A stretch of DNA of 63,384 nucleotides from Kondoa subrosea (lineage: Eukaryota), in contig BCIN01000003.1 in assembly GCA_039545335.1 (NCBI GenBank), forward strand, positions 1,240,001 through 1,303,384, given 5' to 3'. The position numbers and the translations under genes were made by a program. The number at the start of each line of letters is the position of its first letter. The stretch's first letter is position 1. The notes below the pieces were generated by a model, which was given only the letters and a program-made list of their open reading frames with translations, was not told where the DNA came from and ran no database searches. Positions 11,572-23,216 of this stretch are shown here, piece by piece.

Positions 11572-13701
11572 ATGACTGCTAATGGGTCAGACAATGCTCC
11601 TCGCTTCTCGTGCGCTTAAGACTTCTAAAAAACTTGTCAATTCAACTGAGCTCTGAGCTATCATGTAGCCTTCGTGGACAGAAGCGGATGGCTTCTGCTT
11701 CACCTTTAATGGAAATGTAGGCCCTGTAGCAGCGCCTTCTGGTCTAACCCTGACTTCTTCTGAAGGCTTTGCTGTGTATTTGCGTCTCAATATACTCGAG
11801 CGAAGTCAGTCTGTCTCTGTATAGCGTTTGCTCAAACCTGAGGGATGATCAGTCCCAAAGGACCTGTATCACTAGGAGTAGCAGAGAAGTGCGTTCAAGA
11901 GTTGGCCTTCCTTCTACCTAATCTGATAATGCTACATTCAGCTCGCTAATGCACGCGGATCTACAAAAGCTCTTCGAACGGACTCTTAAACTGGAACAAT
12001 CTGATCTGACCTATGGTACTTCCCTCAAAGGATCAACTCGACTCTTTGCAGCTTTTTGTAAACTCTTTGCTCAGCATTTCAACCCTATTCATCCAGTCTT
12101 ACCAGAACAAATGGTTACTGGTGCAGGTGTGGGAAGTTTGATGGATCAATTGATTGCTTTGCTTTGCGATGAAGGTGACGGGGTATTGCTTGCTGCTCCT
12201 TATTATAGTGGTGAATGATCCTCCTATGCACTAAATGAACAGTCTTTTTGATATACATGTTTCCAAAGGCTTCGACAAAGATCTAGGATGTCGAAATGGT
12301 GTTTCAGTCATACCCGTTCACCTTTCATCCTATTCAGATCTAGGCGGCGCTTCAACTTTAGATGCCTTTGAAGAGAAACTCTCTTCATTAACTTCAAAAG
12401 ATCCGAAACCTTCAGCTATAATCTTATGCAACCCTCATAATCCATTAGGTTTCTGTTATACAAGGGAAGCGATCATTGAATATTGTCGGTTTGCGGAAAG
12501 GCACAATTTGCATTTGATAGTGGATGAGAGTCAGTCCGCTTCTTGATCTTACAATCTTGATGACTAGCTAATTGGGATTGACGAATCAGTCTATGCTTTG
12601 TCCACGTATAAGAACGATGGTGAGTGATTCGATTACCACAATTGAGCCGGCCTAAGCAAAAGTTAGACTGTCCAAACGCTGTTCCATTCACCTCAATACT
12701 CAGCATAGAGTGAGTCTGGTATTGAATTTGACAAGAGTACACTGAGACATGCCTTAGTGTATTAAAAGAAGCTGGTTGCGATCCGTCTAGGGTTCACCTC
12801 CTTTATGGAGCTTCAAAGGTGAGATACAACACTGGCTATTAAGTCAGATCCTGATCGTGACATGGACCAGGATTTCTCTGTGAACGGCTTTAGGTCAGTC
12901 TAGCAGTTTTCTGAATACTGTTGGACAACGCTGATCCTGAAATACTTCAATAAGGATCGCATGTCTCGTTTCACAACATAACAAGCAACTGCTCGATTCC
13001 TTCTCTGCTCCTGCACTTTTCATCAAAGTCGGTAGTCCAGCGGATGGTCAGTCTGTCTCCGCATGCAAGTACTGTACTGAACAGGAACTTCTCAATAGCT
13101 CTCTTTTCCAGCCTGATCAACTCAGAAGAGTCGTTGAGCTGGTACTTGACAACGAATAGATCTCGCATGTCACAAGCATACACTTTTGCTGCAAAGTGGC
13201 TTCGGTCCAACAATATTCAATATCGTCCGTCTTATGCTGGTCACTTCAGTATGTTCCACTGCTTTGCACATAAGCCTTGAAGCTGACATAAGAAACAGTC
13301 TTCATCAATCTCGCTCAGTACCTGCCAACGCACGATTACAAAGATGGACGCTTACTGTCTAGCGACAAGGAGAAGGAAGCTGGTCTGTCCTCTTTGCCTT
13401 TCCGAGCGGATAATGTCTTGACCGCGTATTCCTTACAGCTCTCTTTCTGCATCTGCTTGAATCAGGAGTCTACATCGCACCTGGCGCTTTCTACAAGTAT
13501 CATGAATCTGGCTGGTTCAGGTTAACGTTTACAGTAGAAGAGCCGATCATGCAAGTTGGTCTAGATCGACTTGGAAGCGTATTATTCAGCAAAGCAACCC
13601 ATTCAACAGAGAAGATTGGCAAACGTCTATCACAGCTAACGGGAAGGATGCATATTGAAGACTTATCAGCAGAAATTGCTGAAGGTGTACCATGTATTTG
13701 A
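11572..13701 (+). CDS. PLP-dependent aminotransferase class I/II, ACC-synthase-like (paralogue 2)
   Basis: LTYGTSLKGSTRL, APYYSGFDKDL, NPHNPLG, HLIVDE, YGASK|DFSVNGFR, GWFRLTF. About 11 introns. Confidence 0.9.
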
Positions 13702-13761
13702 TGAGCAATAAATAATCTTTGCAAGAGTCCAACCAATGTAATACAACCCTTCAGTAACCCT

Positions 13762-16310
13762 TCAAAGCCTCTCGACGTAGTGCCCTTCTCCTCCAATACT
13801 CTTTTCTTCTTCGTATGGGTGACCTGACTTGTTGATTGCGTTGTCGAGATTGGCACGAGAAACTGGCGCGTTAGCATTGTGTCGAACTGTGACCTTGCCA
13901 TCCACGAAGAGACAATCGATCTGTCAAAGACAGATTAGTTGATGTCTCAAGCCCGAGGAAGGAGAGGCACCTCTTCAAGTGATAGGTTAGCAGTCTCTGG
14001 GAAGAAGAAGTATAGCAAAGGAACGGTTAAGGCGTTTACAAGAGCGAAGATGACTGTTTAGTAAGAAACTCAGATATAGGAACAGAAAGAAGTAGTAAGT
14101 TGCCTACTATAGAATTTGTATGTCAGAGCTTCGATAGCGATTGGAGTGATCTCGACAATGAAGAAACTACAGAGAATAATCAGACAGACAGAATAGACCG
14201 ACTTCAAAACTCACTTGAACAAGAATTGTAGCCTATTTCAATGGTCAGGGTCTGGTAGTGTTGATACCCTACGAAACAGCTCACATGTAGCCGACACTGA
14301 AACGAAACTTTAGTTGCGAAAAATTATAACGCGATCAGAGTGAACGCACCCTGACGCCTTTGCTCGAATACACAGAGGAGTAATTTCAGGTCCATACAGC
14401 CAACCTTCGCCCTCAAATTAGTCTGAGTCTTTCCAGTGGAAGAAGACATACCGCCTGGGAGCCAAGTACCGGAGAAAGCGAAGATGAATAAGAACAGACC
14501 GAAAGCAGCTAATCCAGCCCCAGTGGTACCATCGCTATAGCATTCAAGAAGCGCGCTTCAGGAAAGAGACACTCTTTCACACGCTTTGACTTACATGTGC
14601 GCTACACCGCCAGCCAGGAAGGCTTGGCCGATAGCGAGGAGAGTGGATCCGAGCATGAGCAGTTTGACTCGACCTAAGCAGATTTTCTCAGATGAGGAAC
14701 TTCTCAACGTTTGCAAGCAGGACAGACCGATTCGATCGATCAAGATAAAGCATCTTCAGACCAAAAGAAACTCTCGTTCAAATCGCGACTTTGGATGCGA
14801 AAGACAGTGACTTACCCGACTTGTGCTCCCAGATGTCCAGTCTGTGAAGGAGAAGGGCTCAGCAATTTATATATTTGCAGGGACCCACTCACCAAACCGA
14901 GCATGATAATGAGAATGCTTGCGTTGTAAGGAGTGAAACCGAAGGTACCAATAATTCTTCCAGCGTACTACAGTCCGACCATCAGTATAACACCGCAAAC
15001 TCGAGCAGAGACACATACATAAGTTGCCATGTTGATACCAGTGAGTTGTTGCAGAATGTTAACTCCCCAATTTAACATAGCCTGCAGGGCCTGAGTCACT
15101 CATGGCATGAAGAGTAGTCAAGATCCCCACGCACACGATATCTCAAGCACTGGGGGTCCTTCCTGAGCATAGAGCCCCATCCAGTCTTTACAGCATGTTC
15201 CAAGGCAATCGCTTCTCTGATTTCGAGCAGTTCTTGAGCGGCAACCTCAGGTCCACGGAGTCGAATGAGAATAGCTTCAGCTTTGTCAAGCTGACCCTTC
15301 TCTGCTAGATAACGAGGCGATTCTGGGAGGAAGAAGGAGCAGACGAGGGTGATGAGGATCGGCGGAGCCTGCCAAGCAAGCGGTTCTCTCCAAGCACGAG
15401 CGGTAGTATTTCCGGCATAAGCATAGCTCATAATAAATCCAAGCATGAGACCAATAGAACCAATGACCTAGCTCGTTGATCAGGGCTTTATAATAATGTA
15501 TGAGAAACTACCGCACCAATTCCATGGCCATCAGTCTTCCTCGCCATCTTGGCTCCGCGAGCTCACCCATTAGGGTTGCTAAGGAACTTCAGCTTGAAAA
15601 CAGAAAGCGCAAAAGTGGATACTGACGTGCTACAGCTATATGTCACGATTTCAGTAAAAGAAACAATGATCAGGGAATTTGGTACTGACAGGTGACTATG
15701 CCTACACCAAAGCCGTTGATGATTCTTGCAGCTACCCACATGCCAAGATTGACAGAGCCAGCTTGCAGACCAGTTCCCAAAATCGTGATCAGTCTGTGAA
15801 GCGGGATTGATCGTCATCATGATCAAGATAGGTAGTTACTCACACTCCGATTTGCAAAATTGGCTTTCGTCCCAGTCCTCCAGAGAAGAGCGAAAGAAAC
15901 AAGCATCCCGCCCCAGCCCTGCAACGAATGTCAGTATAAGCGGTTCGTGCCAAGCATTGGTCTGACCCAAGAACGAAGGCTCCCAGAACAGCTCCGAGCT
16001 TGGTCGGGTCTGCAGCTACGGTTGGAAACGTTGCAGCCCAATCTGAAGAAGCGGTAACACTGAACCGATGTTTTAGTAGTTTGACATCTGAACTGGCTGA
16101 TTTGCTTACGGGTTGGCGACAGATTGATCGTATCCAAAGCATAAGAATCCAGCGCTAACTGGATCACACCGATAAGCCAACAACACCCATCCTCGAAGAT
16201 CCTTGGCATACCAGCAACACAAGCAACTACAATCGTTGCTCGGATCAGCTTGAGCGCGAACGCTTGCTCTAGAACGCACTAATCTGCAAAGCAGGACCCG
16301 ATAGAGGCAT
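13762..16310 (-). CDS. MFS sugar porter (paralogue 1)
   Basis: GFLCFGYDQS, GLGRK, FLPESPRYL, QLTGIN, WLYGPEITPLCIRAKA, FFPETANLSLEEID. Many introns and micro-exons. Confidence 0.9.
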
Positions 16311-16454
16311 CTTTGAAATACTTGAGTTTCAAGATCTGGAGAAAGAGGAGAGAGGAGAGCCAAGAAACAACAGAGTAACGAAACGGCAGATGCGTTCAAC
16401 CTTAAAGTAATGGGCCCTTTAAGTCCATATCCGACAGCAAAATCAGCAGATCGA

Positions 16455-16530
16455 GGCCTGCGGGGTTGCCAAAGAAAAGGGAATTCATTTTGATCCGCAG
16501 AATGCCAAGCAAAGAACAAAAGCCGGGGGT
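16455..16530. promoter_or_regulatory. Possible CreA/Mig1 carbon-catabolite repression sites
   Basis: SYGGRG hexamers (GCGGGG ~16460, CCGGGG ~16523) upstream of sugar porter 1. Short motif, weak support. Confidence 0.3.
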
Positions 16531-16764
16531 CTTGTCCCGAAGCAGTCTTGAAAGGACCAGAATAGCCTATGATAGAGTACAGCAGAGCAATAGCATCATT
16601 GTGTCGATGATTGATGGTCGAAAGCTGAGAAAAGAGTAGATAGAAATGACTCTTGTATACGGCGAAGACTCCAGCACAATCACAAGCCAAAGCCAGTCGA
16701 TTACATTCTCCGCAGGCGAGTATTATAAAAGCGTCCGCGATATGCAAGTCGTGCAAGCAGTCGG

Positions 16765-19595
16765 CTAAGCGTTCTCGAAATGCTCCTTCTCGCCAATCTC
16801 TTTCTCTTGAGGATTCCATCGTGCTCTGGCGACTGGTGCATTGGCCGAACGACGAACAGTGACTTTGCCATCCACGAAAAGCATGTCGATCTGTAGGAGA
16901 CAGGTTAGCTGATGATCCAGTCTCGAGACAGGAGAGGCACCTCTTCTAATGTCAAATTCGATGTTTCCTATTGCAGACCGTCAGCATAGATGGACAACAA
17001 CAGAGACCTAGAAGTTCTGACTGACCGGGAAGAAGAAATATAGCAAAGGTACAGTCAAAGCATTCACTAGGGCGAAGATAATGTAAAACTTGTAGTCTAT
17101 ACTGTCAATGGCGTATGGTGTAACCTCGACAATGAAGAAGCTGAAAGAATTTAGTCATGGAAGAGAAGACTGGATGTCGGCTTACTTGAACAGAAATTGC
17201 AATCTACGCGAAGAGATCAGCTTGCACAATCTACGAACAATAATGACTTACGCGTAGCCGATTCCGCTAGCTTTCGCCCGGATACACAGTGGCGTAATTT
17301 CCTGCTAACCATTTGTATCAGGTGTTTCTGACGAAGAAAGATGCTTACAGGTCCATACAACCAACCTTCGTTCTTCTTTAGTCTAAGTCTCCGTCACACG
17401 AAGTCACTCACCTCCTGGTAGCCAAGTCTGCGCAAGCCATGTGAGAGATTCCATAAGGCAGGCACGATAACACTCACCCCACTGAACGAAAAGACAAAGA
17501 GGAAAAGTCCGAACGCGGCCAGTCCAGCGCCTGATTCAGTGTCGATAATTGAGACACCACCTGCGCGGCAGTACATCAGCCGGAAGCAGTAGTTTTGTTG
17601 ATTCTGCTTTACCAGCTAGAAAAGCTTGTCCGATGGCAAGACAAGTCGAGCCAAGCATGAGTAATTTGACACGGCCTGATCATATATTGTTATATTGTGG
17701 GCCTATTCTTCCTTGCAGACTTACCGATAAAATCAATCAGAAGAAAGCATCCAAATATTGCGCCCTGTACAAGGTATGAGACCAGGCGAACGTAGTTGAA
17801 GGATGTCGCTTAATATGTGACCTGCCAAGCTGAGACAGAAGAAATGCAGAGACATCAGAAAAAGGACAGCGTCGAAGAGGTCCTTGGCATACCCAAGCAT
17901 GACAATCAGGATGGCTCCATTTCGAGGCGTGAAGCTATGAGAAATCTCAGAACGGTGCTTGTCTGTTCTGAAGCGAAAGAGTCACCCAAAGGTAGCAATA
18001 ATTGTTCCGGCCTAGCAGAGAAGTGAGGTTTTAGAGCGGGATTTGGATGCGCACGCTTACATAATACTGAACAGGAGGAAAAGTATGAGCAATGCTTTGG
18101 TTTTGAACGACAAAGGTCACCGCACAGTGGCCATATTGATCCCAGTAAGTTGTTGGAGTACATTTACAGCCCAATTCAGCAATCTTCAGCGACGACTCCG
18201 TCAATACAATCGCGAAAGTCGGTGTGGAAAGAGCTTACGTCCGATATCGCAAGCATTGATCGCTCTTCTTGAACAAGGCGGACCATCCAATGTTTCCTGC
18301 CTCGTGTTCAAGATTGATCGCTTCTTGGATTTCGGCCAGTTCTACAGCTGCCAACTCTTCCCCTCGGAGACGAACAAGAATAGCATGCGCCTTATCAGTG
18401 TGACCTTTTTCTGCGAGGTATCTGGGAGATTCGGGAAGGAAGAAGGAGCAGAGCAAAGTGATGATGATGCTAAAACAGCCGATTAGCGCTATATGACTGG
18501 TGCAGTCAGACACCGTACGGCGGAGCTTGCCAAGCAAGCGGTTCTCTCCAAGCGCGGGCAGAGTCGTTGCCCAAGTACGCGTAGCTCATGACTACAAGAG
18601 GCAGAGTCACACACAGGACAGCTGGTCAAGTGCAACCTGGACTGACTGAAGCCTGTCATCAATCCAAGGGACCCCAAGACCAGTTCCATCGCCATCAGTC
18701 TCCCTATTGTATTTTAGATCTTGGAGGTCATACAAAAACAGCGACCTTACCTCTCCTGTCAAAAACAATCAATCAGAAAGCTAGATGTCTGGGAGCAAGC
18801 TACTCACCATTTAGGAGACGCTAATTCCGCCATGAGGGTAGGAGCAGTGCTCTGCGGGTCGTTCAAGCCGTCAAGACTACTGCTGATAAAGAAAAAGGAG
18901 AACCTACAGTCACAATTCCTACACCAATTCCGTTGATGATACGAGCGATAGTCCACATAGCGAGATTGACTGATCCAGCTTGGAGACCAGTTCCCAGTAG
19001 AGTGATCAGAGAGCCGATAATCAAAATAGGTTTGCGTCCGAGGCCAACTGAAACAAAAGACAGGAAGAGACATCCAGCACCGGCACCTATTATACATCAG
19101 CAATGATATATTCGCCTCACGTCCGTGCACACCTAGGACGAAACTTCCCAGTACTGCACCAAGAAGAACGCTATCAGCAGCCAACGTAGGAAACGTTTTG
19201 GCCCAATCGCTTGACGCCGTCACACTGGCGAGGAGTTCTTGTTAAGTTCAGTTCTGACGCGAACATGTAGATACTTACGGATTCGCGACCGATTGATCAT
19301 AACCTTGTATTTCGTTTTAGGGAAAAGATCGACATGCATGATATGAAGCTTACCGAAGCAGAAGAAGCTTGACATGTCACGTGAGTTATTGCATATGGAT
19401 TACCAGTACTAGCTTACCCAGCCGAAACTGGAGTCAGGAGGTATGTATTCAGTGAAGAATGTAGTCAAGCCGCAGATATTATTGACATACCAGCGACACA
19501 AGCAACTATGGAACGGCCAAAATCAGTCTCGGACATGCTTATCTATCTTGATCGTACGTACTGATTTGCAAAGCTCCTCCAGTCAATTGAAACAT
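16765..19595 (-). CDS. MFS sugar porter (paralogue 2, tandem duplicate)
   Basis: Same motifs as paralogue 1 (AWREPLAWQAPP, FLPESPRYLAEKG, ITPLCIRAKASG, LEEIDMLFVDGKVTVR). Start MFQLTGGALQI inferred. Confidence 0.88.
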
Positions 19596-19906
19596 CGTTA
19601 TAATTGCTCCGAGCAAATCGTTGTGTAGAGAAAGGGGAGCCAAGAAGCAGAGCACTTACCAAGAAGCGTAGCCACGGTTGCTTCTCCTTACTGTCCACAT
19701 GAACCGGCAGTAGAATTCTTCGGAAGGCGGCCCATCTTTTTTGGGGGGAATTCCGTTAATCCGTCAAGATGCAGATTATGTAATGAAATCCGGTTCTCGA
19801 TGTTTCGTCATCTTCACTACTAGGACATGTAATCTGATGCAGACAGATGTTACAATGAGAAACATGCTACGAAACATAGTATCCACGCACGTGACACATT
19901 GAAACT

Positions 19907-21635
19907 TCAAAACACGTGGGCCATCTCCTCTATCAAACCAGCATGATACCAACCAATAGTGAAGAATTGACCTGTACTGAGCAATACAGCCAATGTCCAA
20001 ACCCGTCCTATCCATGCGTCGTATGCTCTGGGTTCTTTTGTTCCCCTTGCAGCGATAACGACTTTCTTCACGAGTTCTTCGATAAGTACGGCTACGCCTG
20101 AGAAGCCAAAGAAAAGGTATTCATATGTCTGCGAGAGTCGTCCGCCGTTTATAGACATTCCGGCCAAAGTATGCACAACTCCGCTAATTATAAAGGCTCC
20201 CAATACTTTTCCTGAATCGAGATTTGGGTCATAGCGAGATAAGAAAGACGCTGGTAAAAGATGACGCTGAAGCCATTGACCAGGCCAAACTCCCCACACG
20301 GTGAAGAGCTGTCAACCTCTATGATCAGTGTAGCTCACGGTCAAAATCGATGCATCACACCCTGCTGAAAAGCTGAAAGCCAGTCAGTAAGACGATCATA
20401 AGTTATACTTGTATCGCTTACTCTATGCCAACTCCTCGACCAGAAGCCTCGAACAGTAGTGACTACATTGTTGCAATTTTAGCTCAGTATCATTATCTGA
20501 GAAAAGCGCACCCTCGACAAGAGGTTTGCTGTTGAGCTGTGGCCAAAGCGAAAGATTGTGAGAAGACCACTCTCTGTCGTTGTGACGTAAAGGATATGTG
20601 GCCAAAGCTCCAGAGGTATAACCAAGACTGAAAGTACCAAACAGAAAGACACCTTGCGCAAGAGTGAGAAGAGCTCGCTGTACGTAATTCAGAGAAGATA
20701 GTCCGAGTACTGGATCGATTTTAGAGTAGAGGAGGCGAAGTAGTAGTAAAGAGAGTACGACAGTGGGGAAGTCTGAGACGATTAGTTGCTGAAATTCATC
20801 ATCAAGAGAAGGTTTCCAAGTCTTCTTGCTATGCCGTACATCTGCTGTTGTCCACATCCAGCCGACTGAAAGGACGATCAAAGATGACAAACACGCAGCA
20901 AAAGGCACTCACCACCTCTCATAGCTAGAATCAAATCCAGCCCGTAAATAGCTCTGGTTTTCCATTCATGCATACTTGCTGAGCTCTCGATCTGTACGCT
21001 TTCCATGCTGACTGAGCCTCTTCTTTTCCGTACAATCGGGTTGTTCTCCTTGATTACTTGCGCGAAATCACTGATACTGGCTCTTCGACCCGAAAGTTTG
21101 GACATGAAAGACTCTCTTCTCTTGCCTATACCTGCGATTGAGCATCAGGCTCATTATACTGAATCTTAAATCAAGGCATCACATACGAGCTGGAGTCTTG
21201 CCAACATCATCTACCTCATCTTCAGCTATAGCGGATTCGTCCTCAATTGGTTCTTGCTTTCGCCTATACCTTCGCGGAATATGATCGGAGAGAAAGAATA
21301 GATCAATGACTCTCGTGCATCCACTGGCGTTCAAATTATCAGCCCGCGCTCCTCTGTATAGCACGAACTGACTATATACCCGTCAAAGCGAGAATGTATG
21401 TTACGCCAGCTGACTGAGGAACATGATAGTAGAGAGGTAGGCGAGCGAAAAGAACAGCAGAACAAGCCGCCAACCCAGTCCTGGCTATCCGTGCTAGTCT
21501 AACATGCCCATCCTTGAAAGGCAATAGAAGACTTGCTGCTGCCCAATATGTCAAGGGCGGAAGTAGAGCAGGGAAGAAGGTCAAAGGTACTGTTCCTGGA
21601 ACTGGAGTGAACGAAGCAGAAGGGCTGAAGAGCAT
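19907..21635 (-). CDS. Membrane-bound O-acyltransferase (wax-synthase / MBOAT_2 type)
   Basis: Hydrophobic helices, WPQLNSKP followed by a spliced FWSRSW-like motif, and AFIISGVVH (catalytic His context). Confidence 0.8.
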
Positions 21636-22046
21636 CGTCACGTTTGACCGCGTTGACCCCAAAAATCGCGATCGAGAGTGATAGTTTGGTGTGGGGTTGC
21701 AGGACAGCTGAGTGGTATGGGCACACGCTTTACCGGTTGTGGTATGATCCTCAAGTAGGGATTGCTATGGATTGCTTGTTGCGGAACAAGTCAGTTTACA
21801 TTTCTTATCGGGTTGAAGAGTGACCGTCAAGTCTGCTTGCCAAGCCGTACTCTGGCTGAAGCAAGAGAACAGGAGAAGCAAAGGCTACGCTAGGAGGCAG
21901 CTAAGGCAGTACAGTGTTGCAGAAATCAAGGACAAGATTTAATTAGGTGAGCGAATCCAGTACAGCTAAAGTTGGATTTGAGCGATGCTGAGGCTTTGTA
22001 CCCCAGTCTTCCCCCTTTCTCGTTCTTCCTCTTCTTCACTTCTCGT

Positions 22047-23160
22047 ATGGATTCGTTGGCTACGGAAATTTTGGTCAATGTCTTCGGCCATCTGATAGAC
22101 GCCGACCAACATGACATCTACAGGCTTCTCTTAGTATGCAAGCGCTTTCACGATATATGCAAGGAAGATTTGTTATATTGCGAAATCCGATTGAGGAAGC
22201 CCAAGATGGCCTTTCTGCTGCTGCGTCGCTTCGTAGATGATCCGAGACGTGCGAAGTGGGTTCGCTACCTTGATTGCGATCCGCCATCTTGGAAAGCAAG
22301 ACCAGAAGCTATTGGCGTCACCATCGCCATCGCGCAAATACTCGCCGTCACCAGTAATCTTACCGAATTGGTAGATGTCCCACACATGACTTATGGTAGC
22401 AGCGAAGTAGTCGAGGATATCTGTCGGATGAAGAACTTGGGGAGCTTGACACTCCATGAACATATGGATCAAGATCAACCTGGCCTCACAAAATGGCCTG
22501 GCAATTCAATACGTCAGCTGATACAGACGCTTCCCCTGGCCTATCTACATTTTGGTGGCTTCAGTGATATCTCTGAACTTAGCAGTCTGGTCAAGGCATC
22601 CTGTTCGGCGCCAAAGAAAGGCCTTGTCCTGTCGCAGTCGAAGCTTAGTGCCACAGGTTTTCGATCCCTACTAGAAGCACTCACAACTGCTTTAACAAAC
22701 CTGTGTCTCTACACCACACGTATTCCAGCCGAGCACTTCGTAGAACTTATCATAGCCAATTGCAAGCAGTTGCGTGTACTATGGCTTAAGGACTGTTTCA
22801 CGACCGCGACACACGGATTCACGCCAATCAACTGGCTAGCATCACTACCGGAACTAAAAAAAATGTCGGATTGGTGGATCTCTGGTTGCAAAAGATGCTC
22901 TACTATATTTAGGCGAAAGGTGCAAGGTGTTAGAGTTGGAATCAACGCCTCTTATCGATGCGGGCTGGATGCTGGCCAGTCTTTCAAACTTAAAGGCAGC
23001 ATCATGCAAAGTATTGCTGGATAAGTGCGAATATTCGCAGAGCGAACAAGCTCTTTTCATTGTATGTTTTCGATTGCTCATGACTGTGACTCTTTGCTGA
23101 AAATCATGCTAGGCTGCAGCTGAGCGTCATGGCGTCAAACTTACTATCACTGCAAAGTAG
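22047..23160 (+). pseudogene. F-box-like/LRR protein with +1 frameshift at an A8 run (pseudogene or sequencing error)
   Basis: MDSLATEILVNVFGHLID...LLVCKRF. Similarity to the paralogues continues in another frame after A8 at 22856-22863. Confidence 0.65.
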
Positions 23161-23216
23161 AATATCGGAATTGTATGGAGAAGTATTGCAGAAGAAGTAC
23201 ATTTCCCCACGCTGCA

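Noticed and set aside
16106..16819. 237-aa minus-strand ORF
   Set aside because: It spans the 3' end of porter 2 out of frame, the intergenic promoter and the first introns of porter 1, with no recognisable protein features.
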